Assembly (NCBI RefSeq): GCF_035084215.1 | Contig: NW_027139247.1 | Location: forward strand, 310,001 to 374,000 | DNA: 64,000 nt | Source: Heptranchias perlo | Lineage: Eukaryota | Reading direction: 5' to 3' | Shown here: one piece after another, positions 62,341 through 64,000 of the stretch | Layout: each line of letters begins with the position of its first letter | Numbering within the stretch: position 1 is the first letter of the stretch | Program-made: the position numbers and the translations under genes | The notes under the pieces: model-generated | Told to the model about the DNA's origin: nothing | Seen by the model: the letters and a program-made list of their open reading frames with translations, nothing else | The model's database searches: none

Positions 62341-63251
62341 CGAGCAGCCGAGTCTCCCACAGTGCCGTGGATTTGCTCCTGACTGCACTCCCCCGAGGAG
62401 ACATCACCCTCACTGGTACCAAACCGTGCAGAATCCATCCCTGGTGTGTGTGTGGAGTGATCTGCTCTCAGCTGGCTGGTTGTGGTGACATTAAAATTGG
62501 CCACGGTTTTGGTGAGCTAAAACGAAGGAAAAATCATCCATGGTCCCTTCTCCTTGGATGATCCACAGTAACTCCTTCAGGGAATTGCACATGTGTGTGG
62601 TGAAGACAAAATTAAGCCAAGTTATGATGCCCGCCATTGGAACGGGAGAAATGAAATTACTCTAAGCCCCTCTACATATCGTGGACCGCTCTCCCTGTAT
62701 TAATGGACACTATCAGAAATGTAGGGTAAAAGTGGGAATGATGTGCTGCCAATTATCTATCTGACGAAATTTGCCAATGAGCATGTGATGGTACATACAT
62801 TCCAATTCGAATCACTCGTCTAACCTCAATAACTAAGGTATCTTGCAACAGTGGTTATTCTCTCATGCAGGAGCCAGGACAGTTATGGGTTGCAGAGCAT
62901 TGAACTTTGGAAGAAGAGTCCAAGAAAACTGTCCTCAAGCATTATTCACACACAGGCACTTCCCAGCCATGATAATGTGACAATGATCAGGAGTGGAAAT
63001 CCCTGGCTGATTTGGTTGCATTGCTCTAGCCCAGACACAGTGGGGGCAAACAGTGATACAAACACAACCTCCCAAATGAGGTCGTCTCAATCAGCACTGA
63101 GCAGGGATGAAACCTGGAGCCCTCTTCAGGAACAGGAGCAGGCCATTCAATGAGATCATGACTGATCTGTACCCTCTACCTATATGATTCAGTAGCGCAC
63201 CCACAATTGAGAAGTTAGATGGACATTTGCCATTTTGCTTGAAACAATGTC

Positions 63252-63741
63252 GGGGTAGAATTTCCACATGCCGCCCGGGTGTAAAACTATCGAAGAGTAT
63301 CAGCAGCCAACTATAGAAACCGTGCGATTTTCATTTCCAATGACTTCAGAAGAAATCAAAATCGGGCAGTTTCTGCAATGGGCGGCCGATTCCAGTTTTA
63401 CACCTGAACAGAGAATTGAAAATCTGCCCTGTCATAAAGTGTTTGGGGGGAATTTTCACTCTCACCACTGAGCTGAACACTGCTGGTACAGGATCGGCTG
63501 CCCATTTTACACCCTGCCCAATTTTCCTTTCCATTTAATGGGTGGCCGATCCGCCAACACTAGTTTTCCACCCAAGGGTGAACGTGTGAAATGAGTGGTA
63601 TTGGATTGAGCACCCATTAAAAACCCCACCCAATTTTCCTTTCCACTGAAGTTAATGAAGAGGAAAATCAGACAGGTTGTATAACGAATGGCCGATCAGC
63701 TTGAATTTGTCCTGCAATCCCACCCAAGTTCATTTCTCCCC
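63252..63741. mobile_element. Three clustered palindromic MITEs
   Basis: GGGGTAGAATTT...AAAATCTGCCC (63252-63429); GGGGGGAATTTTCAC from 63445; the last copy ends TTCATTTCTCCCC at 63741. Confidence 0.72.
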
Positions 63742-63789
63742 GCAGTTTTTGTTTTTACTGCCAAGGATTGGCAGGACATGGAACGCACT

Positions 63790-63975
63790 ATCTCATAGAG
63801 TGTGGGAATAGAACATAAAATAGATTTTAAAAGGGAAGTGGATAAATATTTGAAAAAGGGTGAGTGGATGGGAGTGGGAAAGGACAGGGGAGCAGGACCA
63901 AATCAGAAAGACAGGGAGACGGCATAGCCACGATGGGCCGAGTGACCTCCTTCTGTGGTGTAAATTTCTGATTTC
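63790..63975 (+). mobile_element. CR1 3' end
   Basis: tttaaaagggaagtggataaatatttg...gatgggccgagtgacctccttctgtggtgtaaatttctgatttc. Confidence 0.7.
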
Positions 63976-64000
63976 AGGCATATTTCTGCTTGTAGAGTCA

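Noticed and set aside
62835-62900. LATVVILSCRS resembling the start of GPCR exon 2
   Set aside because: Similarity stops after about 11 residues, with no matching acceptor or further helices.
60615-64000. MHC class I leader exon and promoter
   Set aside because: I found no ATG-initiated hydrophobic phase-1 exon; probably beyond the window. The upstream part of ORF 60322..60711 is intron read-through.

Overview
Repeat-rich vertebrate genomic DNA. The repeat families and both host gene types point to a cartilaginous fish (shark/ray); this is an inference from family resemblance, not a database result. Host genes: (1) an intact two-exon rhodopsin-class GPCR of the GPR139/GPR142-like type on + (join 14076-14145,16881-17794; 327 aa), with a TATA box upstream; (2) a frameshifted paralogous pseudo-exon at 33397-34219; (3) a non-classical MHC class I heavy-chain gene on - (alpha1 60354-60614, alpha2 53468-53743, alpha3 52980-53246, TM 49110-49217, probable cytoplasmic exon 47908-47939; leader not found). 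The class I gene has lost five of the eight peptide-terminus anchor residues, mostly to hydrophobic residues. Repeats: a ~10.4-kb C/A-rich ~19-20-bp satellite with internal block duplications; many CR1 LINE pieces, including one young copy with an open EN+RT frame, a 7-bp TSD and a doubled 3' end; a second LINE family with its partner tRNA-derived SINE; L2 remnants; a decayed DIRS element; a PIF/Harbinger remnant with nested insertions; over 20 palindromic MITEs; and a Penelope-type repeat with a decayed hammerhead core. Exon boundaries were checked by hand; most repeat boundaries are approximate.
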